Of a stretch of 64,000 bases of DNA, positions 1 through 10,063 are shown one piece after another. A model generated the notes under the pieces. That model saw nothing but the letters and a program-made list of their open reading frames with translations, had not been told where the DNA came from and did not search any database. Each line of letters opens with the position of its first letter. The stretch's first letter is position 1. The position numbers and the translations under genes are program-made. Source of the DNA: a virus; IMG/VR virus record IMGVR_UViG_3300035181_002344. The stretch is one strand, 5' to 3'.

Positions 1-458
1 TCAATAACAAATGTTTCTTCAAAAGACACTTGTGGTTCTTCTTCAATGGCTTCGTATTTGAATTCGTTAATACTAAGCTTCTTGATTTCGTTGGCCACTG
101 CAAAGATCGTTTGTCTTTGTAATATTTCTCTAAGAGGATTCTTCGGATGTCTTAATTTTATATACCATTCGGCATATTCTTTATATGCAATAAACAGTAT
201 TGACTCAAAATGGTCAATCGAGTAGATATTAATTATGCTTTGACATAGATCGATGGTTTTTGTTACATCTAATTTATAATCAAATCTGCCTCGCATTACA
301 TTAATGAAGAATTTTGCCGTTTGTACTGATGTATCCATTGATAGAAAGGTTTCTAAATAGCTTCTAAAAATATGACGGCGTTTTATATAAAACTTGTTGA
401 TTCCCTCGTTTTCGATAACTGGCGTAAGATGGTATTCTAAACTACTAAGGCTTAGCAT
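1..458 (-). CDS. Hypothetical protein, 3'-truncated by window edge
   Basis: ATG at 458 (MLSLSSLEYHLTPVIENEG...) overlaps the upstream stop and stays open to position 1; read manually, not in the ORF track. Confidence 0.6.
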   Translation of the reverse strand, partial: MLSLSSLEYHLTPVIENEGINKFYIKRRHIFRSYLETFLSMDTSVQTAKFFINVMRGRFDYKLDVTKTIDLCQSIINIYSIDHFESILFIAYKEYAEWYIKLRHPKNPLREILQRQTIFAVANEIKKLSINEFKYEAIEEEPQVSFEETFVI

Positions 459-1029
459 TGTAAAAGAATATCTCCGTGCGCGGAAATTCTGTATCGTATC
501 TTACTCTAGAATCTGAATGGTGCGATGCAATAATACCGCAGTGATCGTCTTTTATGATACCAGCTCTGACTAAAATATCTTGTGGTGCTTCGTAAAGGTT
601 AGAGATATCAACTCTTCGCTTAGAATCACGATAGAAATTAAATTTCAAAGTATATGGCGGATCATTTGGTATAAATGCGGGGAAATATTTTTGGAAATAT
701 GCTAGATAGTATTCTTCAAAAGGAGCATATCTTTTATTTGGTAATCTCATTCCATGGAAGTTTGTCTGCGAATTTTTCTTTATCACAGGATTACCCATTA
801 ATATAAAGAAGCAGATAGCTCCTGTTTCTATTGAGTTTTTTAATGCGGCCGAATGTATTTCTTCGGGTACTATTGTATAAACATCATTTTTAATCATATG
901 CTTAACAATTGTGCTTTCAGAAACATCAGCTAATTTAGCTATTGCTCCATACCAAAGGCCTTTATCGGCATATTTTTTTAACCATTCTGCGTCTCTATAA
1001 GATCGATCTAACGTCTTGGTTTTTGCCAT
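445..1029 (-). CDS. RusA-like Holliday junction resolvase with N-terminal HTH
   Basis: RRVDISNLYEAPQDILVRAGIIKDD matches the RusA DxDN..K...D.L...G...DD pattern; N-terminal AIAKLADVSESTI is HTH-like. Confidence 0.7.
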   Translation of the reverse strand: MAKTKTLDRSYRDAEWLKKYADKGLWYGAIAKLADVSESTIVKHMIKNDVYTIVPEEIHSAALKNSIETGAICFFILMGNPVIKKNSQTNFHGMRLPNKRYAPFEEYYLAYFQKYFPAFIPNDPPYTLKFNFYRDSKRRVDISNLYEAPQDILVRAGIIKDDHCGIIASHHSDSRVRYDTEFPRTEIFFYNAKP

Positions 1030-1357
1030 ATACCTTGCGTCCTCCTATTAGATATGCTTTGATAAAACCCATGGCTACCTGATTTGAATAAGACATAATT
1101 TCTTGGGTTTCTAGTTTAAGTTTCATTTCTGGAAAGGGAGCAACATAATTAAATGCTGATGGGTCAAAGTCTTCTGGGTTTGCTACCATATCTTCAAAAA
1201 TAACTTTTGGTTCAGCATATATCTTTTTTTCTCCATCATCTGCTGCTCCCCATCCGATTTCTTTAAATAAATCTGTGGCCATTAATAGAGCGCTTACAGT
1301 TTGGACTATTCTTTCTTCATCCGATGTTAAGGTTGGTTTTTGTGCGTTGGCTTCCAT
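995..1357 (-). CDS. Hypothetical protein
   Basis: 120-aa ORF overlapping neighbours in operon. Confidence 0.6.
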   Translation of the reverse strand: MEANAQKPTLTSDEERIVQTVSALLMATDLFKEIGWGAADDGEKKIYAEPKVIFEDMVANPEDFDPSAFNYVAPFPEMKLKLETQEIMSYSNQVAMGFIKAYLIGGRKVYGKNQDVRSIL

Positions 1358-2247
1358 AAATCATATCCTTTTTTAATTGCTTTAATGTTTTTTCTATTAT
1401 ACAATTTATTAATAATTCCTGAGTTAAAATCTCTCAAAGCCTGAATTGTTCTTTCGTCGAATTTAGAATCAATATTAGCTTTGAAATCCGAATAATATTT
1501 TAGTTTCTTTTTTACCATGATTGCCGTTTCTCTGCGGATATTATCCATAGAAATTAATGGACCAGGAGATTCCTTTGGAATATGTTTATGTCCTTTTGAG
1601 TCAAATAAACAGAATTGTCCCAATGCCTCTGCTTGGCCTAATATTGCGTTATATGGATTTAGCTTAAATTGCAAACTTAATATTGTAAGCGTTCTAATTA
1701 ATGCTTGTATAAGCTTACTTTGAGGTGGCGCTGAGTTTTTAGAAACCGAATATTGTAATAATATGCCGATTGACCTTATGTTATTACATGCTGTATTATA
1801 TGTAATTTTATCAAAGTCCACTATCTTCTCAATTAGCCCATTTGAATTTATGAAAATATGATAGCTGAAACCTGGCAATGGCTTGCCTGGGGTAACATCG
1901 TTCTTTTCTGATGTATCAAGTTTCATTAAGTCGAATGAAGACCATTGAGAATGATCGCTTGCGGCGATTATTATTGTATCGATTATCTCAGTATCTCTTG
2001 TTGGCCATTCGTTTGGATAGTCTTCTGCTATATCTTCGATTATCCATTGCTCGATTCGTGTTTTGCGCAATAAGCTTATTTCTAATTCGTCAATTTGTTG
2101 TTGTGTCGGATTGAGAAGTAGATGTCCCTTCCTTTTTATTATCGCTGGAGCTGGTGGGTTGAATAAGTTCGTAACTTTTCGTTTTGAAAAGCCCAGTTTT
2201 TGCGCGATACGTATCAAGATTTCGTATAATTTCAGACCAATGTTCAT
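1327..2247 (-). CDS. N-acetylmuramoyl-L-alanine amidase (Amidase_2/PGRP) fold protein, probably catalytically inactive
   Basis: FSYHIFINSNG and NNIRSIGILL scaffold motifs present; Zn ligands appear substituted (IIIAAS, LGQAE, KESPG); C-terminal FDERTIQALRDF resembles a peptidoglycan-binding helix. Confidence 0.65.
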   Translation of the reverse strand: MNIGLKLYEILIRIAQKLGFSKRKVTNLFNPPAPAIIKRKGHLLLNPTQQQIDELEISLLRKTRIEQWIIEDIAEDYPNEWPTRDTEIIDTIIIAASDHSQWSSFDLMKLDTSEKNDVTPGKPLPGFSYHIFINSNGLIEKIVDFDKITYNTACNNIRSIGILLQYSVSKNSAPPQSKLIQALIRTLTILSLQFKLNPYNAILGQAEALGQFCLFDSKGHKHIPKESPGPLISMDNIRRETAIMVKKKLKYYSDFKANIDSKFDERTIQALRDFNSGIINKLYNRKNIKAIKKGYDLWKPTHKNQP

Positions 2248-2704
2248 TTATTATTCTCCGTATGTTTTCGGTGCTTATTTTTTCATCATAATTGATGTGG
2301 ATTAAATGAATGTTATTTTCTTTAGCAAGGCAAATTTTATTTTCATCACGCTCTATTTGTTCTGCGAAATTAACGTGCCGTGAGAAATCAGTCTTGCCAT
2401 GGAAAAAGGGAGTGATCTTTGTATGTTGTATTCCTTGAACCTCTACGCCTAATCGAATATCTTTGATATAATAATCAAGTCTATAGGGGCCGATAGGATG
2501 TTGAGGGATTATTTTTAATTTCGGAAATATTTGTTTTAGGCAATCTCCTACGCTTTTCTCTAAATCTGACTTATTATGACGCTTTACTCCTTTTAATGCA
2601 AATTCAACAGCCTCTGGAGTTAAATCTAGCTCTTTCATAATATCAGCTTCAGATTTCTTATTTACTAAGTATTCGTACTTAATTAAATTTACCAGCGTCT
2701 TCAT
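2090..2704 (-). CDS. DUF559/Vsr-like endonuclease
   Basis: SDLE...QHPIGPYRLDYY....LGVEVQGIQH...RDENK matches the DUF559/very-short-patch nuclease pattern. Confidence 0.65.
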   Translation of the reverse strand: MKTLVNLIKYEYLVNKKSEADIMKELDLTPEAVEFALKGVKRHNKSDLEKSVGDCLKQIFPKLKIIPQHPIGPYRLDYYIKDIRLGVEVQGIQHTKITPFFHGKTDFSRHVNFAEQIERDENKICLAKENNIHLIHINYDEKISTENIRRIINEHWSEIIRNLDTYRAKTGLFKTKSYELIQPTSSSDNKKEGTSTSQSDTTTN

Positions 2705-2978
2705 CTTTGATGAGCCCTTCTTTTTTAGCGATATTCATTAATGTGATCCATAGAATATCATCGTCAACAAAACGAACGCTCGATGGATTAATGATGTCGC
2801 TCTTTTGATCGATTAATTCTTCAATATAATTCTCTTTGGTTGCGTATACATGATAAACAATGAACTTTCTATTTTTGTATTCGATAGTTCCTAAATGTCT
2901 ATATTTAACGCCATTGCTTTCATAGTCTCTAAGTTCTGAAGTGTAATTAAACACTTTTGCACTGATAATTTTACTCAT
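2679..2978 (-). CDS. Hypothetical protein
   Basis: 99-aa ORF coupled to neighbours. Confidence 0.6.
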   Translation of the reverse strand: MSKIISAKVFNYTSELRDYESNGVKYRHLGTIEYKNRKFIVYHVYATKENYIEELIDQKSDIINPSSVRFVDDDILWITLMNIAKKEGLIKDEDAGKFN

Positions 2979-3694
2979 AATTTACAGCTCCTGATATATT
3001 TGCAGTTCGAACAATGATATGTGTTTGATATTTTTGCGCCAGAATCCATTCTTATCATAATATTTCGTAGCTCATTAAGGGCCCGTTCCATCTCTCCTTT
3101 GGAGAATTTATAATTCAAAAGAGATAGTACGCCATTAGAAGTCTCCGAAAAATAGAGTATCATATATTGCTTGATTTCAATATTTAATTTGTGCTGCAAT
3201 ACCGCAGAGGTGAATCTTATTTGATTTTCTCTTGCGATGTCATCAACTTCCCATGAAAAAAACATAGGCATTATTGTTTTCTGTGGTGTTGTAAAAACAA
3301 TAGGAATTGTATCATTATAATAAAGTCCGCCAACTTGATATGTCACGGGAAAATTGAAGCCGATAGGTCTATATCCTTTTTCTGCATATTCGCCTACATA
3401 TTGGTCTAAATAATATTTCTTGATTAGCATAAAGAAATTATTTAGCCTTATGCGATTCCAATTAAGCTCCTTTACTAACTCTTTTCTCGCTTTACCAATA
3501 ATGACGCTTAACGATCCAAATGCTGGCGGATAACCTAATTCCATTTCTCTAAAGAACATATACATGATTATCCGCCTTATTATTTTTGTCCTTAGTCTTA
3601 TTGGTTGGCTTTCTGAAACATCGGAGTTGAAATTATAATAAAGCAGCGGACAAATTAAATATGCTTTGATATTTTCATATTTAATCTGTGTCAT
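2975..3694 (-). CDS. Cas4/AddB-like PD-(D/E)XK fold protein (Fe-S cysteines), degenerate
   Basis: N-terminal YLICP plus C-terminal HCSNCKYIRSC give the 1+3 Cys arrangement; no clear D...ExK catalytic motif. Confidence 0.4.
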   Translation of the reverse strand: MTQIKYENIKAYLICPLLYYNFNSDVSESQPIRLRTKIIRRIIMYMFFREMELGYPPAFGSLSVIIGKARKELVKELNWNRIRLNNFFMLIKKYYLDQYVGEYAEKGYRPIGFNFPVTYQVGGLYYNDTIPIVFTTPQKTIMPMFFSWEVDDIARENQIRFTSAVLQHKLNIEIKQYMILYFSETSNGVLSLLNYKFSKGEMERALNELRNIMIRMDSGAKISNTYHCSNCKYIRSCKL

Positions 3695-3695
3695 A

Positions 3696-6212
3696 TTATC
3701 CTATCTTTTTATTTAGATACGCTATATTTGTTGGTTTTGAATTATAAATATTTGCCATCATATCTCTTATGCCTTCGTGACACATATTTACATTAGCCGC
3801 ATTTACCTCTGAATACATAGCTCTTGATGGATGAAAGAAATAATGGTTTTTACCTTTAAGATCGGTAAGCTTGTTTTTCCCTGTGACTAAAGAAATGATT
3901 GGCATTTTTTTATTACTGCCTTCTTCTACGAAATACATATCGGTATCTTCATTGGTGTGCATTGGATTAAGCAAGTGACCTATCCAATCTGCATCATATT
4001 CTACACCTTTGCTTTCTCTCATCATTTCATTGAGATTTTGATATCCGCCTTCCATCTTTCCCTTTCTATATTCAACGGTATAGAAAGAGGTTATTCCGTG
4101 TCGTTTTGATAAATCTTTAGCGGCATTTGACAATTCAGCTATTCTTTTATTATCATCGGCGGCATTTGCAAAATCTTTTAGCTTATACATATTGTCACAG
4201 AAATACCATATTTTTCTATCTGGAAAGTTTTGACGAGCAATATCAATCATCATATCGGCAGATGATAGATTTTTACCTTGCTCGCTGCCTTTTAATATTA
4301 GGCGACCTTCTTTTGTCCACATCATTAATTTATTATAAGCTTCTTCTCTTGCTATGAGGAAGTCTTCTCTATCTGGCGCATCATATTTCCATGGGAATGC
4401 AACATGATTGATTGTCGCTTTTTTGAAAGATTCATATGCTAATGATGCAACAAAACGTGGGATAATTTTATTGCGCGGATCATCTAGTGTATGAAAAATG
4501 ATAGTTATATCATTAAAGCGTTCGTCGTCATATGGAGTGCCTAGCGTAACATCTCCTTCATGAGCATCGAGTATATTTCTTATGAGATTAATGATGAAGC
4601 TTGTTTTTCCAGAATTTGGCTGTCCACCTAACAATAGTACAGCTTCTGATATCATACCATCTATCATTCGTTCAAAATATGGCCAGCTCTTTAGATATAC
4701 AGATCTAAATGCATCTGGTTGCTCTGATAGCATTTTGAACTTTCTGATATAATCATATGATTCGCTGTGGTCAAATGAAAAGCGTTCATATTGTTGAGTG
4801 ATATTGCGAATATTTGATAGGCCTTCGTGCAAAATAACTGAGGCATCGTTGGGATTTTTCTTTAGCTTAACAATGATATTGTCAACCAATGCATCGGTTT
4901 CCATTTTGAGCTTAATTTGTCTTTCATTGCTAAGCATTGCAATATCTTTGCGAATAGATTCTAATGGAATATCTGTGATTTCAGAAAGGATTTTGGCCAT
5001 TCGATCACGTTCGATATTCGATTTCTCATTGATTATGAGAGGAATGGTTTGCTCTGCAATTTCATAACCAGTGAGATCTGTCTGTTCTTTTAATTGCTTG
5101 ATTCTCCATTCAAAAGTTGTAAAATGCGGCAAATTCATAATTCCCTTTTTGCCCTCTTTACGAACTAATTCATCTGGATCCATTCCTTCTGGCATCAAGG
5201 CAATACGCACTCTAAAATTACGAATACCTTCCATTAGCTTTGTTACCATATCGCCGGCTTTCTTTTTACCAACTTCGTCGCCATCAAGCAGAATTACTAT
5301 ATCATTTATTCCAACTGATTGCAATTTTGCAATATGTCCATTGGTTAATTCTGTGCCATTTAATGCGACGGCCTTGATTCCTGCTAAATCTAAAGCTATG
5401 GCATCTGTTTGACCTTCAACAATATAAACCGATCCGAAATGACTTTTTGTTTTAATAACTCTATGTAGGTTATAGAGTAATTCGCTTTTAATGAAAAAGT
5501 CTGTGGTTTTTGTATTGTAGTATTTTGAGCTGCCATCTTCTTTGTTATAAACGCAGTTTCTCGCAGAAAATCCTCTGGGCACTCCATATTCATCTGCTAT
5601 CGTAAATATTAAGTTATCTTTAGCAAATAGTTTGGGTACAATGCCAGCTTTTTCTATGAGTTTTTCGCTATAACCTGCTTTTATAAGTTTGCGAATTAAT
5701 GTTTCATAGCTTCCAGATACTCCGATTCCATATGTTATTAAATATTCTGCTTTTGTTAGCATTTTGCTACGCATATATTTTTCAACACTTTCGGAAATAT
5801 TCTCTGGATTATATGCATTAGAAACGATAAGATTCTTGGTGAAGGTAAGTAATTCGCGAAGATTCATTCTTTCGACTTCTTCTGGAGTCATTGGCCGTAG
5901 TTCTAGATCTATTCCGAAATGCTCGGCTAATTTAGCAATATTATCGGTAATGAATTCATAACCAACGATTGGCGCACCATTAATATGGTGGTTAACGTGA
6001 AATATATCATAGCTAGCACCGCATCCAAAACAATGAGCTATTTTTGTTCCATCTTGCAAGCTATATATACTCATTGATGGAGAAGAATCTTCGTGATCTG
6101 GATTAATGCATTTGAACTTACCGCTATGCTTTTTTATTAATCCTAAATCTTTAAGATAATCTGGTAGCTTGCTTTTTAACTCTCGTTTAACAGATTCTAG
6201 ATCTTTAGCCAT
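3696..6212 (-). CDS. DNA primase-helicase fusion (CHC2 Zn finger, TOPRIM, DnaB-like SF4 helicase)
   Basis: CINPDHEDSSPS...HCFGCG, KYYN, IVEGQTD, LLDGDEVG, DPDE; Walker A GGQPNSGKTS; EYDAD. Confidence 0.92.
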   Translation of the reverse strand: MAKDLESVKRELKSKLPDYLKDLGLIKKHSGKFKCINPDHEDSSPSMSIYSLQDGTKIAHCFGCGASYDIFHVNHHINGAPIVGYEFITDNIAKLAEHFGIDLELRPMTPEEVERMNLRELLTFTKNLIVSNAYNPENISESVEKYMRSKMLTKAEYLITYGIGVSGSYETLIRKLIKAGYSEKLIEKAGIVPKLFAKDNLIFTIADEYGVPRGFSARNCVYNKEDGSSKYYNTKTTDFFIKSELLYNLHRVIKTKSHFGSVYIVEGQTDAIALDLAGIKAVALNGTELTNGHIAKLQSVGINDIVILLDGDEVGKKKAGDMVTKLMEGIRNFRVRIALMPEGMDPDELVRKEGKKGIMNLPHFTTFEWRIKQLKEQTDLTGYEIAEQTIPLIINEKSNIERDRMAKILSEITDIPLESIRKDIAMLSNERQIKLKMETDALVDNIIVKLKKNPNDASVILHEGLSNIRNITQQYERFSFDHSESYDYIRKFKMLSEQPDAFRSVYLKSWPYFERMIDGMISEAVLLLGGQPNSGKTSFIINLIRNILDAHEGDVTLGTPYDDERFNDITIIFHTLDDPRNKIIPRFVASLAYESFKKATINHVAFPWKYDAPDREDFLIAREEAYNKLMMWTKEGRLILKGSEQGKNLSSADMMIDIARQNFPDRKIWYFCDNMYKLKDFANAADDNKRIAELSNAAKDLSKRHGITSFYTVEYRKGKMEGGYQNLNEMMRESKGVEYDADWIGHLLNPMHTNEDTDMYFVEEGSNKKMPIISLVTGKNKLTDLKGKNHYFFHPSRAMYSEVNAANVNMCHEGIRDMMANIYNSKPTNIAYLNKKIG

Positions 6213-6229
6213 TATAATTCTCCGTTGCT

Positions 6230-7276
6230 CTAATCTTTAAAATAAACAGTGATAATTTTCTTAAGTTTTCGCTCTTTAGAAACAGACAAGATCATTTGAG
6301 ATGCTTGGCTGTATGGAGCTGCAATCGTATCGGCAAAATCATCATATCCGCACATAGAAGAGGAACGAACAACTGTAGTTTTTCCAACTTCTACTATTAA
6401 CTGATAATGGTAATGGCCCGTTAGTACAACGTCTGCATTATGTATTCCATGCAATACAAAAGCTTCTCTATCACTGGATGGTGTTCCCGCAGATTTTTTC
6501 ATAATATGTCTGAGATGAAAATTCCATCCTTTGATATTTATATTTATTGACTGTGAATCGCCAAGATTTGTTTTGTATTCATTGGTAACATTTTTCATTA
6601 TATTCGGGTCATGCAATTGCAAACTTCTGATTGTCGTTTCCCACGCTTTGGCTACGCCTTTGTCCCAATTGTCATCGGGATGACGTGAGAGTTTTGATTT
6701 TGGCGTTCCGTGGTTACCTGGAACCCAATGAAAATCAACGGGCAATAATTTATCGTATTTTTCTATGAAAAAGTCATTAAGCTTCTTCATATTTTTATTC
6801 AACGATGTAATAAATGCCGCAGTTTGCGCATGTACAATATCATCGGTTAAAAATCCTTGCGTCGGATATGTTGAACCATCGCCTTCTATATGGTCTCCAA
6901 GCATGCATATTTTAACCTGATCGTATGTATCTGGATTGTTATTAATTTCTTCGATTGCTTCATCAAAGAGCTGTGACATTCTTTTATCCGCAATCTTGAG
7001 ATTAAATACCTCTTTGTATGGCGGTTTTAGAGAATGCCTTATTTTACCGAAATGGTTATCTGAAATTACTATTACTAAAGCTTCTTTATCGTCGGATATT
7101 GGTATTTTAGGATGATATATTTTTTTATGATCTCTTAAAAGTGTCTCTAATACATCGAGCCAATTACGACGGATTCTTGTTTTTGAAGCATTATTTTGTA
7201 TTTCTAAATTAGAAAGAGTGGAGACAAAGTCGCACTCTTCCTCATTAAGTGGCTCTAATAATTCATTTTCATTCAT
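6230..7276 (-). CDS. Calcineurin-like metallophosphoesterase
   Basis: SDNHFG, LGDHIEG, PGNHG, RH and GHYH motifs. Confidence 0.85.
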   Translation of the reverse strand: MNENELLEPLNEEECDFVSTLSNLEIQNNASKTRIRRNWLDVLETLLRDHKKIYHPKIPISDDKEALVIVISDNHFGKIRHSLKPPYKEVFNLKIADKRMSQLFDEAIEEINNNPDTYDQVKICMLGDHIEGDGSTYPTQGFLTDDIVHAQTAAFITSLNKNMKKLNDFFIEKYDKLLPVDFHWVPGNHGTPKSKLSRHPDDNWDKGVAKAWETTIRSLQLHDPNIMKNVTNEYKTNLGDSQSININIKGWNFHLRHIMKKSAGTPSSDREAFVLHGIHNADVVLTGHYHYQLIVEVGKTTVVRSSSMCGYDDFADTIAAPYSQASQMILSVSKERKLKKIITVYFKD

Positions 7277-9702
7277 ATTGCTTCCATGTTATAAAGTGGA
7301 TCTTTGATTTTTGCCAGTCCTAACAAGTATTCAGCTGTATAACTTTGTCCGATGAATTTACCATATATTTGGTATTTGCCATTTGTTTTAGACAATTTAT
7401 TATATAGCTGGTCTAATAACGGAATTGACCGTATCTCTAAAGGAATATCGTATTTTGTTTGCTCATTCCTTTCTGGCAACTTGATGACTGACATACTATT
7501 TAACCAATATGATTCTTCAGGGTCGTCCGTTCTTATACCGCTAACTCCAACTGCAGATCCTTCTAGAGTTTTAATCATATTTTTATAACTGGACATTTTT
7601 CGGCTTGTTATTATATATTTTGATTCTTTGTTATTTAAGGTGCGTACAATAACTAAAGCACCTTTTCCAGATTTGAAAGCAATCACCTTTTTTACAATGC
7701 CATAGGTCATATTCTCGTTCTTTTTCTTGGCTTCTGCAATTGCTAAGCGATAACGTTCAAATGGATCATATTTAATATTCAAACCGAGAGTTTCTAATTC
7801 GAATGCTGCAAGCTTTTCATCATCATACTCCAGCATTTCAGGAAATGAAATCCATTCCTTTTTGAATGGTAGTAATGACCATTCTTTTGTTTTGTAATGT
7901 TTAATGAATTTAAGCAAATAATCGATATAACGAGTTTCTCCTTCTTTGATTGCAAATACTTGTGATATTTTAATCATTGAAGAAAATGCGCCCGATTTTA
8001 TCATTTGCTCAAGTACATTAGATTTAACATCTGTTCTATATATAAAATCTGACAATGATTTAAATAGCCCGTGTTTTTGTCTTTCTGCCATGAAGGCTTC
8101 TGCTGATTGCACGCCTACATTTTTAATACCGCCTAATCCAAATAATATTGTTTTGTCATCAATAACTCTGAAATTAGCATAACTTCTATTGATATCTGGG
8201 GGATATAGTTTAATTCCGTAATATTCGGCTTCTTTTAAGAATGCTGTAACGCTTTCTTGATCGCCTATGTCAGTAATAATATTTGCGGTATAAAATTCTG
8301 CTCTATAATGTGTTTTCAAATATGCTGTTTTAACAGCTAACACTGAGTAAGCAAGAGCATGGGACTTATTAAACGCGTAATTTGAAAAGGATTCCATTTC
8401 ACTCCAAAGAGCATTGATATCATCAAGGGACATCCCTTTTTGCATTGCTTTTTCTGTGAAACGAACCTTTTCTTTGGCCATTTTCTCTGTAATCTTTTTA
8501 GCAACGATCTTTCTAAATTCGTCTCCTTCATGGTCAGAATAACCTGCTAAATCTTGCACTAGCCTTTGAATTTGTTCTTGATATATGAAATATCCATAGG
8601 TATCTTTGAAGATATCTTTTACCAAAGGAAATCTTTCGCCATGCGGCAGAATATGTGTTGGTTGGCCGCCATTGCGGATAATGATTATTTCCTTTAAGAA
8701 TTCCATCGGGCCTGGTCGAAAAGCCGCATTGATAAGTGTGATGTCATTTAAATTTGTTGGCTGAAAATCTCTTACAACTCTTGAAATGCCATCTCCTTCA
8801 AATTGGAAAATACCAAGCAATCTACCTTCGGCCATAAATTTATATGTCGCCGGATCATCTAATGGAATATCGTCCAATGTTAACTTTATTCCTCTGTTCT
8901 CTTCTATCAGCTCAAGACATGTTTTTATCACGTTTAATGTAGATAATCCGAGAAAATCCATTTTTATTAAACCAAGCTCTTCAGCTTCTTGCATCGTGAA
9001 TTCGACTATAGGTATGTCGATGCCATCAACAGTTTTATCTTGTTGCCTCCAAACTGGTGCAACTTCGTTGATTGGCACCGATGATATTACATACCCTGCC
9101 GCATGCTGCGAAGGAGATTTTATGAGACCTTCTAGTTTAATAGCGTGGTCAACAATTCTTTTGAGATCTTCATCTTTCTCATATGCTTTTTGGAATTCCT
9201 TGAGCCCTCCTTTAGGGTCCATTATTTTCTTGAACGTCCAAGCTCGACCTAAAATGGCTGCGGGTATTAGTTTAGCATATTGATCTGCTTTAGCAAAATC
9301 ATAGCCTAAAACTCTTGCTGCTGTACGAAGGGCATTTTTAGCCCATATGTAATTTCTTGCGGATAAACCAGCTACTTTGTCACTGCCATACTTATCAATA
9401 ACATATTGAAGCACATGCAGTCTATCGGCATCTGGAAAATCAATATCTATATCAGGTATTGTTCCGCCTTTGTATTTTACTGAACCTAATGGTTTTTCTT
9501 CAGCTATGCCAATTAGATAGGCTACCATTGAATTAACCTGCCGATTATCAACAGTAATTCTTTTTTCTAATATTTCAAGGAAATAGTCTTCCATCTCGGC
9601 TATTTCAATAGCACCTATTTCTTTTTTGTAAGCTTGATATTCAATGTCATTGAGTTGTTTGAGTCTGGGGCTCTGTTGACATATCTGTCTTAGCTTCTGC
9701 AT
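7273..9702 (-). CDS. dnaE: DNA polymerase III alpha subunit, C-terminal part (palm, fingers, HhH, OB)
   Basis: PDIDIDF, HAAGYVI, GLIKMDFLGL, GIFQFE, RPGP, YQEQ, YAFNKSHA, GLGGIKNVG. Confidence 0.95.
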   Translation of the reverse strand: MQKLRQICQQSPRLKQLNDIEYQAYKKEIGAIEIAEMEDYFLEILEKRITVDNRQVNSMVAYLIGIAEEKPLGSVKYKGGTIPDIDIDFPDADRLHVLQYVIDKYGSDKVAGLSARNYIWAKNALRTAARVLGYDFAKADQYAKLIPAAILGRAWTFKKIMDPKGGLKEFQKAYEKDEDLKRIVDHAIKLEGLIKSPSQHAAGYVISSVPINEVAPVWRQQDKTVDGIDIPIVEFTMQEAEELGLIKMDFLGLSTLNVIKTCLELIEENRGIKLTLDDIPLDDPATYKFMAEGRLLGIFQFEGDGISRVVRDFQPTNLNDITLINAAFRPGPMEFLKEIIIIRNGGQPTHILPHGERFPLVKDIFKDTYGYFIYQEQIQRLVQDLAGYSDHEGDEFRKIVAKKITEKMAKEKVRFTEKAMQKGMSLDDINALWSEMESFSNYAFNKSHALAYSVLAVKTAYLKTHYRAEFYTANIITDIGDQESVTAFLKEAEYYGIKLYPPDINRSYANFRVIDDKTILFGLGGIKNVGVQSAEAFMAERQKHGLFKSLSDFIYRTDVKSNVLEQMIKSGAFSSMIKISQVFAIKEGETRYIDYLLKFIKHYKTKEWSLLPFKKEWISFPEMLEYDDEKLAAFELETLGLNIKYDPFERYRLAIAEAKKKNENMTYGIVKKVIAFKSGKGALVIVRTLNNKESKYIITSRKMSSYKNMIKTLEGSAVGVSGIRTDDPEESYWLNSMSVIKLPERNEQTKYDIPLEIRSIPLLDQLYNKLSKTNGKYQIYGKFIGQSYTAEYLLGLAKIKDPLYNMEAI

Positions 9703-10063
9703 TGTTTTCCTCGCTCAATTCTCTAATAACCGACATAATTTCTGTTTCTTTTTCTGGTGGATAGTTTCCGCGAGAACGCTTTGTAGAAAATAATGTTTTG
9801 TTATTTTTCTCTTTAGCGCTGTATTGAAATGAGCACCCTGTGGTTTTGTGAAACTTTTCAAATAGTTTACGATATTCCTTGTCATTAAATGACCATTGAC
9901 CACCGCATTGTTTACAATAGTATGTATAGGGGCCTTTTTCAAAGCCTTCAGTTGTGGCCGCTTTTAGAAAGTCCAAAAGTGTTTTTTCGCCAAACTCTTT
10001 TGATAGGTCATTTAATTTGCCGGTAAATATTAGTTCACCAATGTGTGCGTTGTTATTATCCAT
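9647..10063 (-). CDS. Hypothetical protein with CxxC, inserted between the dnaE halves
   Basis: 138 aa; YYCKQCGG...H...GC; overlaps both dnaE genes. Confidence 0.65.
   Translation of the reverse strand: MDNNNAHIGELIFTGKLNDLSKEFGEKTLLDFLKAATTEGFEKGPYTYYCKQCGGQWSFNDKEYRKLFEKFHKTTGCSFQYSAKEKNNKTLFSTKRSRGNYPPEKETEIMSVIRELSEENNAEAKTDMSTEPQTQTTQ

Noticed and set aside
2975-3694. Cas4 as evidence of a CRISPR-Cas system
   Set aside because: Solo Cas4-like proteins are common in phage replication modules; no other cas genes or array.
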